A DNA stretch of 64,000 nt from a bacterium. GTDB lineage: Bacteria; Zhuqueibacterota; Zhuqueibacteria; Residuimicrobiales; Krinioviventaceae. The stretch's first letter is position 1, and every line of letters begins with the position of its first letter. The position numbers were made by a program, and so were the translations under genes. The notes beneath the pieces are model-generated. The model was not told the DNA's origin and did not search any database. It saw nothing but the letters and a program-made list of their open reading frames with translations. This document shows positions 29,456 through 40,207 of the stretch, one piece after another. The stretch lies in contig CAXXMD010000001.1 in assembly GCA_963675755.2 (NCBI GenBank), positions 96,001 through 160,000 of the forward strand, read 5' to 3'.

Positions 29456-30436
29456 TTATGAATCCAGCGCCTGCCATCCTAAAAATGAAGCGCCCAGAAT
29501 GGCAGAATCATCTTTAAGTTCAGCGGCAACAATTCGAACATTTCGTGAGGCAATATCAAAAGCATTTTCCTGGGCCACCTTGCGAACATGTTTAACATAG
29601 TTTTCGCCAAAGGCCTCAACAATACCACCACCCAAAACGACAACTTCGGGATTGAAAATATTTAATAATGATCCAGTTGCTAAGCCAATATAGTGTGAAG
29701 ATCTGTCAAGAGCTTCTCTGACTACGGGATCATTTTCTGAATAGCTTTTAAATAGAGCGCTACTGCGGATTTTTTCTTTTCTTCTGGGTAAGAATTCAAA
29801 TATTGAGGATTCACGTCCGTTAATTTCTTCAATTCTAATATATTTTTCAATTGCTGTACGGCTTGCAAATGCTTCCAGACAACCTCTGTTACCACAACCA
29901 CATATTGGTCCATTGGGATCCATGATCATGTGCCCCAGTTCGCCGGCATTTTCATTGAATCCATGTAAAAGATTACCATTGATGATAACGCCACCGCCAA
30001 TACCAGTACCTACAAACAATCCTACCATATGTTTAGCGCCATGACCCGCGCCGTATGCATATTCACCAAGCAAACCAACATTGCCATCATTGTCAATTTT
30101 TACAGGTTTTTTTAATGTTTTTTCCAAACGGGATTTTAGCGGTGCGTCTTTCCAGCCCAGGTTTGGGGTTTCAATTACTTTTCCCTCAGTTAAATCCAGT
30201 GGGCCAGGTGAGCCGAGACCAATGGCTCCAATTTGAGACAGGGAAAGTCCTGCATTTTTGATTGCTTCCATTACGCAGTCGAAAATTCTGTCTACAACGG
30301 TGTTGAATCCTAATTCCCCTTTGGTTCTTGTTTTGGCGGTACTGTAGATTTTTCCTTTTTTGTCAATTACTGCAGAGAAAATTTTAGTAGCACCCAGATC
30401 TACTCCTACAACATATTTGTACTTTTTTGCATCCAT
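29456..30436 (-). CDS. ROK family sugar kinase (glucokinase-like)
   Basis: 'GVDLGAT', 'DND.N', 'GTGIGGG', 'GELGH', 'CGCGNRGCLE'. Confidence 0.9.
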   Translation of the reverse strand: MDAKKYKYVVGVDLGATKIFSAVIDKKGKIYSTAKTRTKGELGFNTVVDRIFDCVMEAIKNAGLSLSQIGAIGLGSPGPLDLTEGKVIETPNLGWKDAPLKSRLEKTLKKPVKIDNDGNVGLLGEYAYGAGHGAKHMVGLFVGTGIGGGVIINGNLLHGFNENAGELGHMIMDPNGPICGCGNRGCLEAFASRTAIEKYIRIEEINGRESSIFEFLPRRKEKIRSSALFKSYSENDPVVREALDRSSHYIGLATGSLLNIFNPEVVVLGGGIVEAFGENYVKHVRKVAQENAFDIASRNVRIVAAELKDDSAILGASFLGWQALDS

Positions 30437-30620
30437 ACATCTGTCCCTGTGTTGTTATCAAGTGACTTAATATAATAAATAAACTCAATATACTCAAACA
30501 TTTAATATTGAAAAACCGAATGTGCAGAAAAGTATATCCTTATATTCGGCCAAGTTCACGTAAATTTTATAAAAAAACGACCTAAAAGACTAAAAAAAAT
30601 GAATTAAATAATGATTTTAC

Positions 30621-30649
30621 TTGACATTAGTTTTTTTATAAACTATCTT
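30621..30649 (+). promoter_or_regulatory. Sigma70 promoter of the dcw operon
   Basis: TTGACA-17 bp-TATCTT, followed by degenerate 10-bp-spaced GTGGTG/TAGGTG/TAGGCA repeats (possible MraZ boxes). Confidence 0.7.
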
Positions 30650-30724
30650 AAACTGAAGTGGTGACTTTAGGTGATTATAGGCATTTTGGCGCTATTTTAG
30701 GCCAAAAATTAAGCAAGAGTGGCA

Positions 30725-31171
30725 ATGGCTGGTTTAATTGGAAAATATTCTGTTTCATTGGATCCGAAAGGCAGGTTGGCAATCCCGTCCAAGCATCGTA
30801 GTGCCTTTCCGGAATCGCAACGAGACAAGATTGTTGTCACTCGAGGGCTGCATAATTGTGTTACGGGATATTATCAGGAACGATGGGACGAGTTGATTGA
30901 AAATATTGAATCTGCTGATAGAACTTATGCTGAAAAACTTGCTATGCGCCGTGCGTTTGTTGGAAGTTCAGTTGAAACTGCATTTGATAAACAGGGTCGT
31001 ATTACGCTGCCATCACATTTGATCGAGTTTGCTGGTATGCAGGATTGTACAGAGGTTGTTGTGATGGGGTGTACCAATTATCTAGAAATCTGGAATCCCA
31101 AGGTCTTTGAAGAATATGAAGAGCAGAATGAGCAGCTATTGCATAAAGTTTTGAATGAAATAAATATGTAA
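30725..31171 (+). CDS. mraZ: Transcriptional regulator MraZ
   Basis: Two DxxGR motifs (DPKGR, DKQGR); 'LEIW'; first gene of the dcw cluster. Confidence 0.93.
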   Translation: MAGLIGKYSVSLDPKGRLAIPSKHRSAFPESQRDKIVVTRGLHNCVTGYYQERWDELIENIESADRTYAEKLAMRRAFVGSSVETAFDKQGRITLPSHLIEFAGMQDCTEVVVMGCTNYLEIWNPKVFEEYEEQNEQLLHKVLNEINM

Positions 31172-31181
31172 ATGATGTGAT

Positions 31182-32108
31182 GTGATGGTTGAATATCATA
31201 TACCGGTACTTGTAGATAAAGTTGTTGAGGCGCTTGATGTAGGTAGTGCTGAAATAATTGTTGATGCCACATTGGGTGATGCCGGATATTTTTTGAAAAT
31301 TATAGAAAAGATGCCCGAGGCGGGCAAAGTGATCGGGTTTGATCAGGATATTGAAGCTATAAATAGAGTAAAAGCCCGGTTAGGTTCTTTGATAGACAGG
31401 TTGATGATTGTACAGGACAATTTTAGGAATATTGCTCCTGCGCTAAATATGCTTAATGTTGGCAAGGTGGATGGTGTGGTTGCAGATTTGGGCGTTTCCC
31501 GGTTGCAGATTAGTGATCCTGAACGTGGATTTATGTATATGGCTTCCGGTCCCTTAAAGATGACTATGAATCCTGATGCGGGTTTGGATGCTGAGCAGGT
31601 AGTGAATACTTTTGAATTAAGAGAGCTCACCCGGATTTTTAGAGAGTATGGCGAAGAGCGGGAAGCGTTTCGCATTGCAAAAGCAATTATTAGGCATCGT
31701 GAAGGCAAAGTGATTAGGACTACTGATGAGTTGCGGAGCGTTATTCAGCGAGTTGTTGGTAGAAAGTATGAGATAAAATCATTTGCGAGGATTTTTCAGG
31801 CAATCCGTATTTATGTGAATGATGAATTGGCAAGTTTGAACGAGTTTCTTCCTGCTGCAACGGATTCGTTAAAAAGCGGTGGAAGGTTGGTTATTGTCAG
31901 CTATCACAGTCTTGAGGATCGAATTGTGAAGCAGTTTATTCGTAAACAAGCTGATCCTTGCGAGTGCCCTAAAGAATTGCCGCATTGTGTTTGTGGCAAA
32001 AAGCCTGTATTAAAACCTATTGGTAAATTGCTGAAAGCGGAGGATGCTGAGATAAAATTGAATCCCAGTGCCCGTTCAGCAAGATTGAGAATTGCAGAAA
32101 AAGTGTGA
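31182..32108 (+). CDS. rsmH: 16S rRNA m4C1402 methyltransferase
   Basis: 'HIPVL', 'DATLG', 'DLGVS', 'FQAIRIYVNDEL', 'YHSLEDRIVK', 'NPSARSARLR'. Confidence 0.95.
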   Translation: MMVEYHIPVLVDKVVEALDVGSAEIIVDATLGDAGYFLKIIEKMPEAGKVIGFDQDIEAINRVKARLGSLIDRLMIVQDNFRNIAPALNMLNVGKVDGVVADLGVSRLQISDPERGFMYMASGPLKMTMNPDAGLDAEQVVNTFELRELTRIFREYGEEREAFRIAKAIIRHREGKVIRTTDELRSVIQRVVGRKYEIKSFARIFQAIRIYVNDELASLNEFLPAATDSLKSGGRLVIVSYHSLEDRIVKQFIRKQADPCECPKELPHCVCGKKPVLKPIGKLLKAEDAEIKLNPSARSARLRIAEKV

Positions 32109-32113
32109 GATAG

Positions 32114-32425
32114 ATGGCTGTTACCATAAAAAATAGTGTCAGGCGTAAAAGGTTGATGAAAAAGTATGTAATACATGCTTTTATTGCTTTTTCCGTCTTT
32201 AGCCTGGTTAAGGTTTGGCAGAATGTAAGTGTGGGACAGTTGAATAGACGTAATGTTAAAATGAGTCGTGAATTACAGCAATTGGAATATGAAAAAGCAG
32301 TTTTGACGGATAAAGTAGAAACATTAACCCACGTTGACCGGATTGAAAGAATTGCCAAAGAAAAGCTGGGTTTTGTGCCTGCTGAAAAGATTAATATGAA
32401 ATTAAAAGATGAAGAAAATAAATAA
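32114..32425 (+). CDS. ftsL: Cell division protein FtsL-like
   Basis: Single TM, coiled coil, 'RIERIAKEKLG'; position between rsmH and ftsI. Confidence 0.75.
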   Translation: MAVTIKNSVRRKRLMKKYVIHAFIAFSVFSLVKVWQNVSVGQLNRRNVKMSRELQQLEYEKAVLTDKVETLTHVDRIERIAKEKLGFVPAEKINMKLKDEENK

Positions 32426-32428
32426 TAT

Positions 32429-34552
32429 ATGAATCGATCCGGTGAAAATTTTTGGAGATATAATTTTTTCCGTTATAGCGCGCTTTTGTTCATGTTTTTG
32501 CTCGTTGGGCGGTTGTTACAGATCCAATTCTCTGAAATGGAGGGTGTGATGGAAAATGTAGAAAATCCATGGACCAAAAAAGTTGTCATTCCGCCGGAAC
32601 GCGGCAAGATTGTAGACAGAAATATTAAATTATTGGCATTTAATATTCCAACAATAAATGTTGTTGCTGATCCGCATATTGTTGGAAATAAACCGGATGT
32701 TGCATCTAAATTGTCTACGGTTTTGGGGGCTACCAAGCGCGAGCTGTTGAAAATGTTGAATGAAAGCGGCAAGTATGTAGTTTTGGCCCGTAAACAACCT
32801 TTTGAAGTAAGAGAGAAAATTGAAAAACTGAATATAGCGGGAGTCAAGTGTGAAATTGCAATGACCCGCAAATATCCTCAAAAAAATATAGCCAGTCAGT
32901 TACTGGGATTTACAGATGTTGATGGTGTTGGTATTAGTGGTCTTGAAAAATCTTTGGATTATTCATTGCGAGGCGTACCAGGTAAAATGCTGTACCAAAA
33001 AACGGCTACCAATGATTTCTTTAATCATCCGGATTACCCAATCATTCCGCCGGAAAATGGGCAGGATGTGGTTTTGTCTATAGATTATCGGTATCAGCAT
33101 ATTGCGGAAGAAGAGTTGTTAGCGACAATTAATACTCACAAGGCAGAAGGCGGTGTAGCCGTAATTATGAATCCCAAGACCGGTGAAGTGCTGGCAATGG
33201 CATCGGAACCTGGATTTGATCCGAATCATGCAAATCAATATGATGCAAACTGCTGGCGATTACGGGCAATTACCGATGCATTTGAACCCGGCTCTACATT
33301 CAAGCTAGTTTTAATGTCTGCGGTATTGAATGAAGGTTTGCATACACCCGATGATCTCGTGTTCTGTGAAAATGGAAAATATGAATTGATGGATGTGAGG
33401 ATACCAGATACTTCACCACATGCCTGGTTGACATTGCGTGAGGTTTTGGTACACTCTTCTAATATTGGTGTTGCCAAGTTGGCAATGGATATTGATAAAC
33501 GTACATTGTACGAGTATGCAAGAGCTTATGGCTTTGGAAATCGTTACGATTTTGATATCATAGGCGAGCGTGAAGGTATTTTAAAGCCAGTTAAAGACTG
33601 GTCTGGTGTTACTCCTGCATTTATGTCAATTGGTCATGAAATTACAGCCACCTCGCTGCAAATGTGCAATATGTTTTGTGCAGTTGCAAATGGTGGGTAT
33701 TTATTAAATCCTTCAATTATTAAAGAAATTCGCAAAGATGGGCAAACACTTGTAAAAACCAAACCCAAAGTGATCCGCAAGGTGATTTCAAGTACAACTG
33801 CAGATACTTTGAAAAATATTATGCGTGATGTGGTAATAAAAGGTACGGGTACCAATGCTCAGATTGCGGGAATGAATATTTGTGGTAAAACCGGTACTGC
33901 CCAGATGGCCTATACCACTGGAAATCGTGTAGGGTATCAAAAGAACAATTATATTGCCAGTTTTGGTGGCTTTTTCCCTGAAGAAGATCCAAAGCTTGTA
34001 ATTTTTGTTATGGTTGAAAAACCCCGTGTTGGTTATTATGGTGGAACTATTTCGGCACCATGTTTCAAAAGAATTGCTGAACGTATTATTGATATTGAAG
34101 GTCGCGATTATTTTATCAAATCTGATGATGATTTGGAAAATAGTAAAAATGACGGACCTGTTATTGTTCCGAATCTGGTAGGAACGCCCAGAGATTATGT
34201 AAATGATATGGTTGTAGATGAGCATTTTATTGCAAATATATCTGGCTCCGGAGATGTAATTCTCTCTCAGGACCCGAAACCCGGTACAGAGTTTCAAGAA
34301 ACAAAAGAGTTGTATCTTTCAGCAACGGATACAAAAGTGCAGGATGATTCAACAGTGCCTGATGTAACCGGTCTTCCATTACGTAACGCACTGAATGTTT
34401 TATCTTTAAAAGGAATATCAGTTGTTGTTGAAGGCTCTGGTAAAGTGGTTAAGCAAATTCCCAAAGCAGGCAGTACATTGAAAAACAAGGAACAAGTTTT
34501 ACTGCATTGTGAAACCGCGATAAATTTAAAAGATTTGATTGTAATGAATTAG
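32429..34552 (+). CDS. ftsI: Class B PBP (FtsI) with two PASTA domains
   Basis: 'RG.I.DRN', SxxK 'STFK', SxN 'SSN', 'KTG'; C-terminal 'VPNLVG' and 'VPDVTG' PASTA repeats. Confidence 0.92.
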   Translation: MNRSGENFWRYNFFRYSALLFMFLLVGRLLQIQFSEMEGVMENVENPWTKKVVIPPERGKIVDRNIKLLAFNIPTINVVADPHIVGNKPDVASKLSTVLGATKRELLKMLNESGKYVVLARKQPFEVREKIEKLNIAGVKCEIAMTRKYPQKNIASQLLGFTDVDGVGISGLEKSLDYSLRGVPGKMLYQKTATNDFFNHPDYPIIPPENGQDVVLSIDYRYQHIAEEELLATINTHKAEGGVAVIMNPKTGEVLAMASEPGFDPNHANQYDANCWRLRAITDAFEPGSTFKLVLMSAVLNEGLHTPDDLVFCENGKYELMDVRIPDTSPHAWLTLREVLVHSSNIGVAKLAMDIDKRTLYEYARAYGFGNRYDFDIIGEREGILKPVKDWSGVTPAFMSIGHEITATSLQMCNMFCAVANGGYLLNPSIIKEIRKDGQTLVKTKPKVIRKVISSTTADTLKNIMRDVVIKGTGTNAQIAGMNICGKTGTAQMAYTTGNRVGYQKNNYIASFGGFFPEEDPKLVIFVMVEKPRVGYYGGTISAPCFKRIAERIIDIEGRDYFIKSDDDLENSKNDGPVIVPNLVGTPRDYVNDMVVDEHFIANISGSGDVILSQDPKPGTEFQETKELYLSATDTKVQDDSTVPDVTGLPLRNALNVLSLKGISVVVEGSGKVVKQIPKAGSTLKNKEQVLLHCETAINLKDLIVMN

Positions 34553-34559
34553 GATTAAT

Positions 34560-35962
34560 GTGAGTAACCTGAATCTGACAATTTCTGAAATACTGCAAAT
34601 TAAAGCAATTTCAATTGCCTGGAATGGAAATGTGTCTATCCCTGAGGGTTTTGTTCGACAAATCAGTACTGATTCAAGAAGTCTTGAAAAAGGTGATGTA
34701 TTTGTTGCGATTGAAGGTGAACGCTTTGATGGGCATGATTTTGTGAAACAGGCTACAGAAAGTCAGGTTTCTGCTTGTGTTGTTTCCGAGAAATGGTACA
34801 GTTTGAATTCTAAAGATTTTGACAACTCGGGTTTTCTTGTTGTTCAGGATACTTTGGAAGCATATCAGGAAATTGCACGATTTTATAGAATGAAATTTAA
34901 TATTCCTGTTGTGGCAATTACCGGAAGTAGTGGAAAAACCACAACAAAGGAATTTGTTGCGAGTGTATTGTCACAAAAATATAATGTATTGAGCAATATT
35001 AAATCTTTTAATAATCATATTGGTGTTCCGGCAACATTGCTGAACCTGAGACCCGAACATGAAATACTGGTAACAGAGCTGGGAACCAATCATTTTGGTG
35101 AATTGGATCGTCTCAGCTACCTTGTAGAACCTTCTGTTTGTCTTTTTACCAATATTGGTTATGCGCATTTGGAGTTTTTTAATGATAAGCAGGGTGTAGC
35201 CAAGGCGAAAATGGAAATGCTCAACAGCATGCAATCAGATGGATTGATTATATATAATGCTGATGATCCTGTTCTGGCTGGATTAACCTATCCATCAAAT
35301 AATTTGATGTCATATGGTATAAGCAAAAATGCTAATGTGTCTGGTCAAATTTTGGATTGTGATGCTCTTGCTAAATATAGATTTGATCTTTCCGGTACTT
35401 TGGTGCAGTTGTCCGTACCAGGTAGTCATAATGTTTCAAACGCATTGGCAGCAGCGGCAGTGGCAAAACATTTTAATGTTGAAAACCTCAAGATCAAAGC
35501 CGGGATAGAATCTTTTGATTTTGTTGAAAAACGCATGCATGTGGTTGAGCATGAATCAATGCGAATTATTGATGATACTTATAATTCAAATCCCGTAGCT
35601 GTATGGCAGCAATTGATACATTGAAAGATATGAAAGTCGGATTAAATGGACGGCGTATTGCCATTCTTGCAGATATGAAGGAATTGGGTCAGTTTTCAAT
35701 TGATGAACATGTGAACATTATCAAATATGCAGGAAGCAAGGATATCGATGCATTATTTCTATTCGGAAGTGAAATGGAAAAAGCTTTCGAATTGGTGGAT
35801 AAGCATGGATTTGATTTTTTAGGCCATTTTCAGGAAAAATCCGGTTTGATTGATACATTAAAACAATATGTGGCTTCTCATGATGTGTTGCTCGTCAAAG
35901 GGTCTCGTTCCATGCATATGGAAGAAATTGTTGAAAATTTAAAATCCATAGAGGAAGTGTAA
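34560..35962 (+). pseudogene. murF: murF split by a one-base frameshift at ~35592 (ORFs 34560-35624 and 35603-35962); probably a sequence error in an intact gene
   Basis: 'STDSR', 'ITGSSGKTTTKE', 'NNHIGVP', 'DDTYNSNP'; continues in the -1 frame as 'SCMAAIDTL...ILADMKELG...LVKGSRSM'. Confidence 0.85.
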
Positions 35963-37048
35963 ATGCTGTATTATTTACTAACACCTTTACGCGATCAATT
36001 TATTGGCTTTAATCTGTTCCGGTATATTTCTTTCCGGGCTGCACTAAGTGTGTTCTTTGCATTTCTTATCAGTGTTTTGTTGGGCCCTGTAATTATACGA
36101 ATGCTGAAAAAACATCAGATTGGTGAAGAAATAAGAAATGATGGTCCGGAATCTCATTTGAGCAAGCGCGGTACCCCTAGCATGGGTGGTTTGATCATTA
36201 TTATCAGTGTGTTAATACCCACATTATTATTTGCCAAATATATGGAAATGTATGTTTGGTTAATTTTGCTGGTAACACTTGTGTTGACCGCAATCGGCTT
36301 TATGGATGATTATTTAAAAATTGTAAAAAAAGAGCCCAAAGGTTTAATCGCTCGTAAAAAATTACTATTTCAGATTTTACTTGGTCTGGTTGTAGGTGTT
36401 CTTTTATACTTTTTCCCTCCAGTTGAAAGTGCCAGAACAGTTTCAACAGTACCGTTTTTCAAAGATTACGAGTTTAATTTTGGAATTTTTTATATACCCT
36501 TTATTGCATTTATTATCACTGCTACATCGAACAGCTCGAACCTTACTGACGGATTAGATGGATTACTCGCAGGCTTGAGTGCTGTGGCGGCTTTAGCATT
36601 TGGTGCTATTGCCTATGTTTCAGGCCGTGTAGATTTTACGGACTATTTGAACATTATCTATTTACCAGGTGCGGGAGAAATTGCTATTTTTTGTGCGGCT
36701 TTGTTTGGCGCCTGTCTTGGATTCCTCTGGTACAATACGTATCCTGCACAGGTCTTTATGGGCGACACCGGATCTTTGGCGCTAGGCGGTTCCATAGCAG
36801 CCATATCAATTCTGGTTAAAAAAGAATTCTGGTTGTTGTTCATCTGTGCCATTTTTGTTATCGAGAGCTTGTCTGTAATTATTCAGGTAGCATATTTTAA
36901 AAGAACAGGTAAACGTGTTTTTCGGATGGCGCCCATTCATCATCACTTTGAATTGAAACCTCTGGCAGAACCCAAAGTTGTTGTAAGGTTCTGGATTGTA
37001 GGTATATTGCTGGCATTATTAACACTTGCAACCTTTAAGATAAGATAA
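35963..37048 (+). CDS. mraY: Phospho-N-acetylmuramoyl-pentapeptide transferase
   Basis: 'KRGTPSMGG', 'DDY', 'NLTDGLDGL', 'FMGDTGS', 'MAPIHHHFE'. Confidence 0.96.
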   Translation: MLYYLLTPLRDQFIGFNLFRYISFRAALSVFFAFLISVLLGPVIIRMLKKHQIGEEIRNDGPESHLSKRGTPSMGGLIIIISVLIPTLLFAKYMEMYVWLILLVTLVLTAIGFMDDYLKIVKKEPKGLIARKKLLFQILLGLVVGVLLYFFPPVESARTVSTVPFFKDYEFNFGIFYIPFIAFIITATSNSSNLTDGLDGLLAGLSAVAALAFGAIAYVSGRVDFTDYLNIIYLPGAGEIAIFCAALFGACLGFLWYNTYPAQVFMGDTGSLALGGSIAAISILVKKEFWLLFICAIFVIESLSVIIQVAYFKRTGKRVFRMAPIHHHFELKPLAEPKVVVRFWIVGILLALLTLATFKIR

Positions 37049-37056
37049 ATATAGTT

Positions 37057-38313
37057 ATGTTGGATTCGTTTAAAAAAATAGATTTTTCAAGAGTAGATTA
37101 TATCCTGTTATCCAGTGTTATGTTTTTACTGGTTTTGGGAGCGGCTATTGTTTTTTCTTCAAGCTCTTATCGTGCTGACCAGTTGACAGGTGATAGCGCA
37201 TATTATTTTAAAAACCATATGATCAAGGTTATTATTGGCTTGATATTTTTAGCTGTTTTGATTTTGGTGGATTATAAGGTGTGGCTCAACATATCTCCAA
37301 TATTGTATTTAGGAGCTATAGTTTTGTTGGTTACTCTTTTTCTTCCATTGCCTATCGTAATCAGTAAAAATGAAGCATCTCGATGGTTAGGCTTGGGTCC
37401 ATTTACATTTCAACCCTCTGATTTTGCCAGATATGTTCTTGTTTTCCTGATGGCCAGACTATTGTTTGAAAATAAAGAATACCTTGAAACCTGGAAGGGA
37501 TTTCTTGCCCATATATTGGTTGCTGGTGTCATAATTGTGTTGATTGCTGCAGAAAAAGATTTGGGCACGGCTATCATGGTTACCATTATTGTATTTAGCA
37601 TGTTTTTTCTCGCTGAAGTAAAATTTATCTATATTTTATCATTGGGAATGACAGCTATTACAGCCGGTTTGGCGTATTTGGTACGTAATCCTTATATGTT
37701 AAAACGTGTTTATTCTTATATCGATGTGTCTATAAATAACAATTTCAGCGACTATCAATTACAACAATCTATAAATGCCTTTCGTTTTGGTGGTATCTTT
37801 GGACGTGGTATTGGTAACAGTATCCAAAAATACGAGTTTTTACCAGAAGCTCATAAAGATTTTATTTTTTCGGTGATTGGTGAAGAATTGGGTATGATTG
37901 GCGCTATTGCTGTTCTGGTTTTGTTTTTTGTTGTTATGTACCGTGGATTTCAAATCGCTAAAACAGCACCCGATGGTTATGGTAGATTACTCGCAGGTGG
38001 TATAACCATTTGTATTGGATTATATGCTTTTTTCAATGCCGCTGTGACTTTGGCAATTTTACCCACGACGGGTATACCCATGCCATTTATCAGCTATGGT
38101 GGTTCAGCTATGGTAACACACCTTGCCGCTATCGGAGTGTTAATTAATATATCGTCGCAGAGCCGGAAATCGTTTATGAACTATCCGAGCCGATCCACCT
38201 ATCAAAGCAGGATCAGCAGGTTGAACGTGAATGCTTCAACAGCAACACCCAAGCCAAGAAAGCGAAAAAAATATAAAAGACGTCCTGCACCACAGTACAA
38301 GGTTGGAATGTAA
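37057..38313 (+). CDS. ftsW: SEDS peptidoglycan polymerase FtsW (basic C-terminal extension)
   Basis: 'RWL.LG...QPS', 'LPEAHKDFIFSVIGEELG', 'PFISYGGS'. Confidence 0.93.
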   Translation: MLDSFKKIDFSRVDYILLSSVMFLLVLGAAIVFSSSSYRADQLTGDSAYYFKNHMIKVIIGLIFLAVLILVDYKVWLNISPILYLGAIVLLVTLFLPLPIVISKNEASRWLGLGPFTFQPSDFARYVLVFLMARLLFENKEYLETWKGFLAHILVAGVIIVLIAAEKDLGTAIMVTIIVFSMFFLAEVKFIYILSLGMTAITAGLAYLVRNPYMLKRVYSYIDVSINNNFSDYQLQQSINAFRFGGIFGRGIGNSIQKYEFLPEAHKDFIFSVIGEELGMIGAIAVLVLFFVVMYRGFQIAKTAPDGYGRLLAGGITICIGLYAFFNAAVTLAILPTTGIPMPFISYGGSAMVTHLAAIGVLINISSQSRKSFMNYPSRSTYQSRISRLNVNASTATPKPRKRKKYKRRPAPQYKVGM

Positions 38314-39443
38314 TGAACAATGGCGCTAATAAAAAATCTTTTATTTTTGCCGGTGGTGGAACAGGTGGCCATTTGTATCCTGCTATTGCCATAGGTCAGC
38401 GACTGTTAGAGTTGGAGCCGGAAGCGCAGATACATTTTATTGGTACTGACAAAGGATTGGAAAATAGAGTAATACCGGAAATGGGATATCCGTTACATAA
38501 AATTGCAGTTCGTGGATTTTCCAGAAAGAATTTATTTGCAAATGTTGGCGTCATTATACGGTTAATTTACAGCTTGTTTCAATGTGTTGGCCTTTTAAAG
38601 AAAATTAAACCTTTGGCAGTAATTGGTACGGGTGGTTATGTAAGCGGTCCCATGTTATTTACAGCTAATTTAATGGGATACCCAACGCTGATACAGGAGC
38701 AGAACAGCTACCCGGGTGTTACTACCCGCTTACTGGCAAAAAAAGTTGAGCAAGTGCATCTAAGTTTTAAAGAGTCATTCAAGTTTTTTAAAAATCAAAA
38801 AAATTTGCATTTGACCGGTAATCCTGTAAGAAAATTTGATCTGAGCATTGGGCCTGAAAAAGCAAGATCATTCTTTAATTTAGCACCTGAAAAGTTGACT
38901 GTATTGATTTTTGGTGGTAGTCAGGGTGCTTTGGCAATAAATAAAGCTTTTGCAAATTCAATTGACAGAGTATTGGCTGAAACTGATGCTCAGTTTATTT
39001 GGCTCAGTGGTAAATATAGTTTTGAAATGGCAAAACAAAGTGTAAAGGGACATAAATCCCGAATTTATTTGACAGAATATCTTGATAATATGAATATGGC
39101 ATATAATGCATCTGATCTGGCTACAAGTCGTGCGGGAGCTATTGCATTATCTGAATTGGCAATATGTGGTTTGCCATCAATATTAATTCCTTATCCATTT
39201 GCGGCAGCGGATCATCAATCGTTTAATGCACAAACATTTGAAAAAGCCGGTGCAGCACTTGTTCTAACGGAAACAGAGATTGAAAATAATACAGAATTAT
39301 TTGCAAATACAATAGTTGAATTGATTAATAATAAAGATAAACGTGTAAATATGAGCCAGGCAGCAAAAAAAGTGTCATTTCCGGATTCAGTAGATAAACT
39401 GGCAGAATCAATTACTTTAATTAGTAAACAAGGAAACAGGTGA
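38313..39443 (+). CDS. murG: Lipid II GlcNAc transferase
   Basis: 'GGGTGGH', 'GGYVS', 'EQN', 'GNPVR', 'GGSQGA'. Confidence 0.96.
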   Translation: MNNGANKKSFIFAGGGTGGHLYPAIAIGQRLLELEPEAQIHFIGTDKGLENRVIPEMGYPLHKIAVRGFSRKNLFANVGVIIRLIYSLFQCVGLLKKIKPLAVIGTGGYVSGPMLFTANLMGYPTLIQEQNSYPGVTTRLLAKKVEQVHLSFKESFKFFKNQKNLHLTGNPVRKFDLSIGPEKARSFFNLAPEKLTVLIFGGSQGALAINKAFANSIDRVLAETDAQFIWLSGKYSFEMAKQSVKGHKSRIYLTEYLDNMNMAYNASDLATSRAGAIALSELAICGLPSILIPYPFAAADHQSFNAQTFEKAGAALVLTETEIENNTELFANTIVELINNKDKRVNMSQAAKKVSFPDSVDKLAESITLISKQGNR

Positions 39444-39447
39444 TATT

Positions 39448-40170
39448 ATGGATTTTATGTTTCTCGGTAAAAAAGTATTGTTTTTCAGCCTGGCCCTGCT
39501 AACCGGTTTGTTCATTACACAGGCAATTATAGAAGCGCATTCGCCAGAACCCGAAAGTTTTGATGATGTTGTATTGATTGAAAATAATATAGAAACAGTG
39601 GAGGAAAAAGAATCAGTTAATACCCTGATCCGGTCAAGTATTCAGGAATGGGTAGGTGAAACAGATGATAATATGGTATCTATAAATTCACCTGTAATTT
39701 CAACCGTTCTAGAATCAAGAAATGAAAAAGGGACTCCCTTTGCCTATGTTTCTGCTAACAGAATTTATATTGTAGATCAAAAAGGCAAATTGCTGGCCCC
39801 GGCTGATTCGCTTGGATTTCATGATCTACCAGTTATTTCGGGCGATTCTCTAAAAATTTATTCGTCTACTTTAAGACTTGCCGGAAACGGTGTTAATGAT
39901 GCGTTAAATCTGATAAAAAATGCACAAAAACAAGGTACTATTGTATACAGTAATCTTTCGGAAATCAATATTCATCCAAAATTGGGATTGGTTGTATATA
40001 GCAATATTTCCAAAGGATTGCCATTAATTGTAGGAAGTGGAAGCATAGAAAAAAAGATTCGGAACTTGAGATCCTTTATTCAGGAATTTGGAGATTCAAA
40101 GTTACTGACCCAAACCCGTTATCTGGATTTACGTCTGGATGGACAAATTATTCTTAAAAAACGGGTGTAA
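39448..40170 (+). CDS. ftsQ: Divergent FtsQ/DivIB-like protein
   Basis: N-terminal TM; 'P.AY...IVD..G', 'DLPVISG', 'LSEI', 'YLDLR..GQII'; immediately upstream of ftsA. Confidence 0.7.
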   Translation: MDFMFLGKKVLFFSLALLTGLFITQAIIEAHSPEPESFDDVVLIENNIETVEEKESVNTLIRSSIQEWVGETDDNMVSINSPVISTVLESRNEKGTPFAYVSANRIYIVDQKGKLLAPADSLGFHDLPVISGDSLKIYSSTLRLAGNGVNDALNLIKNAQKQGTIVYSNLSEINIHPKLGLVVYSNISKGLPLIVGSGSIEKKIRNLRSFIQEFGDSKLLTQTRYLDLRLDGQIILKKRV

Positions 40171-40207
40171 AAAATCTATGTCAAGAACAACGTAGTGGGG
40201 TAACATT

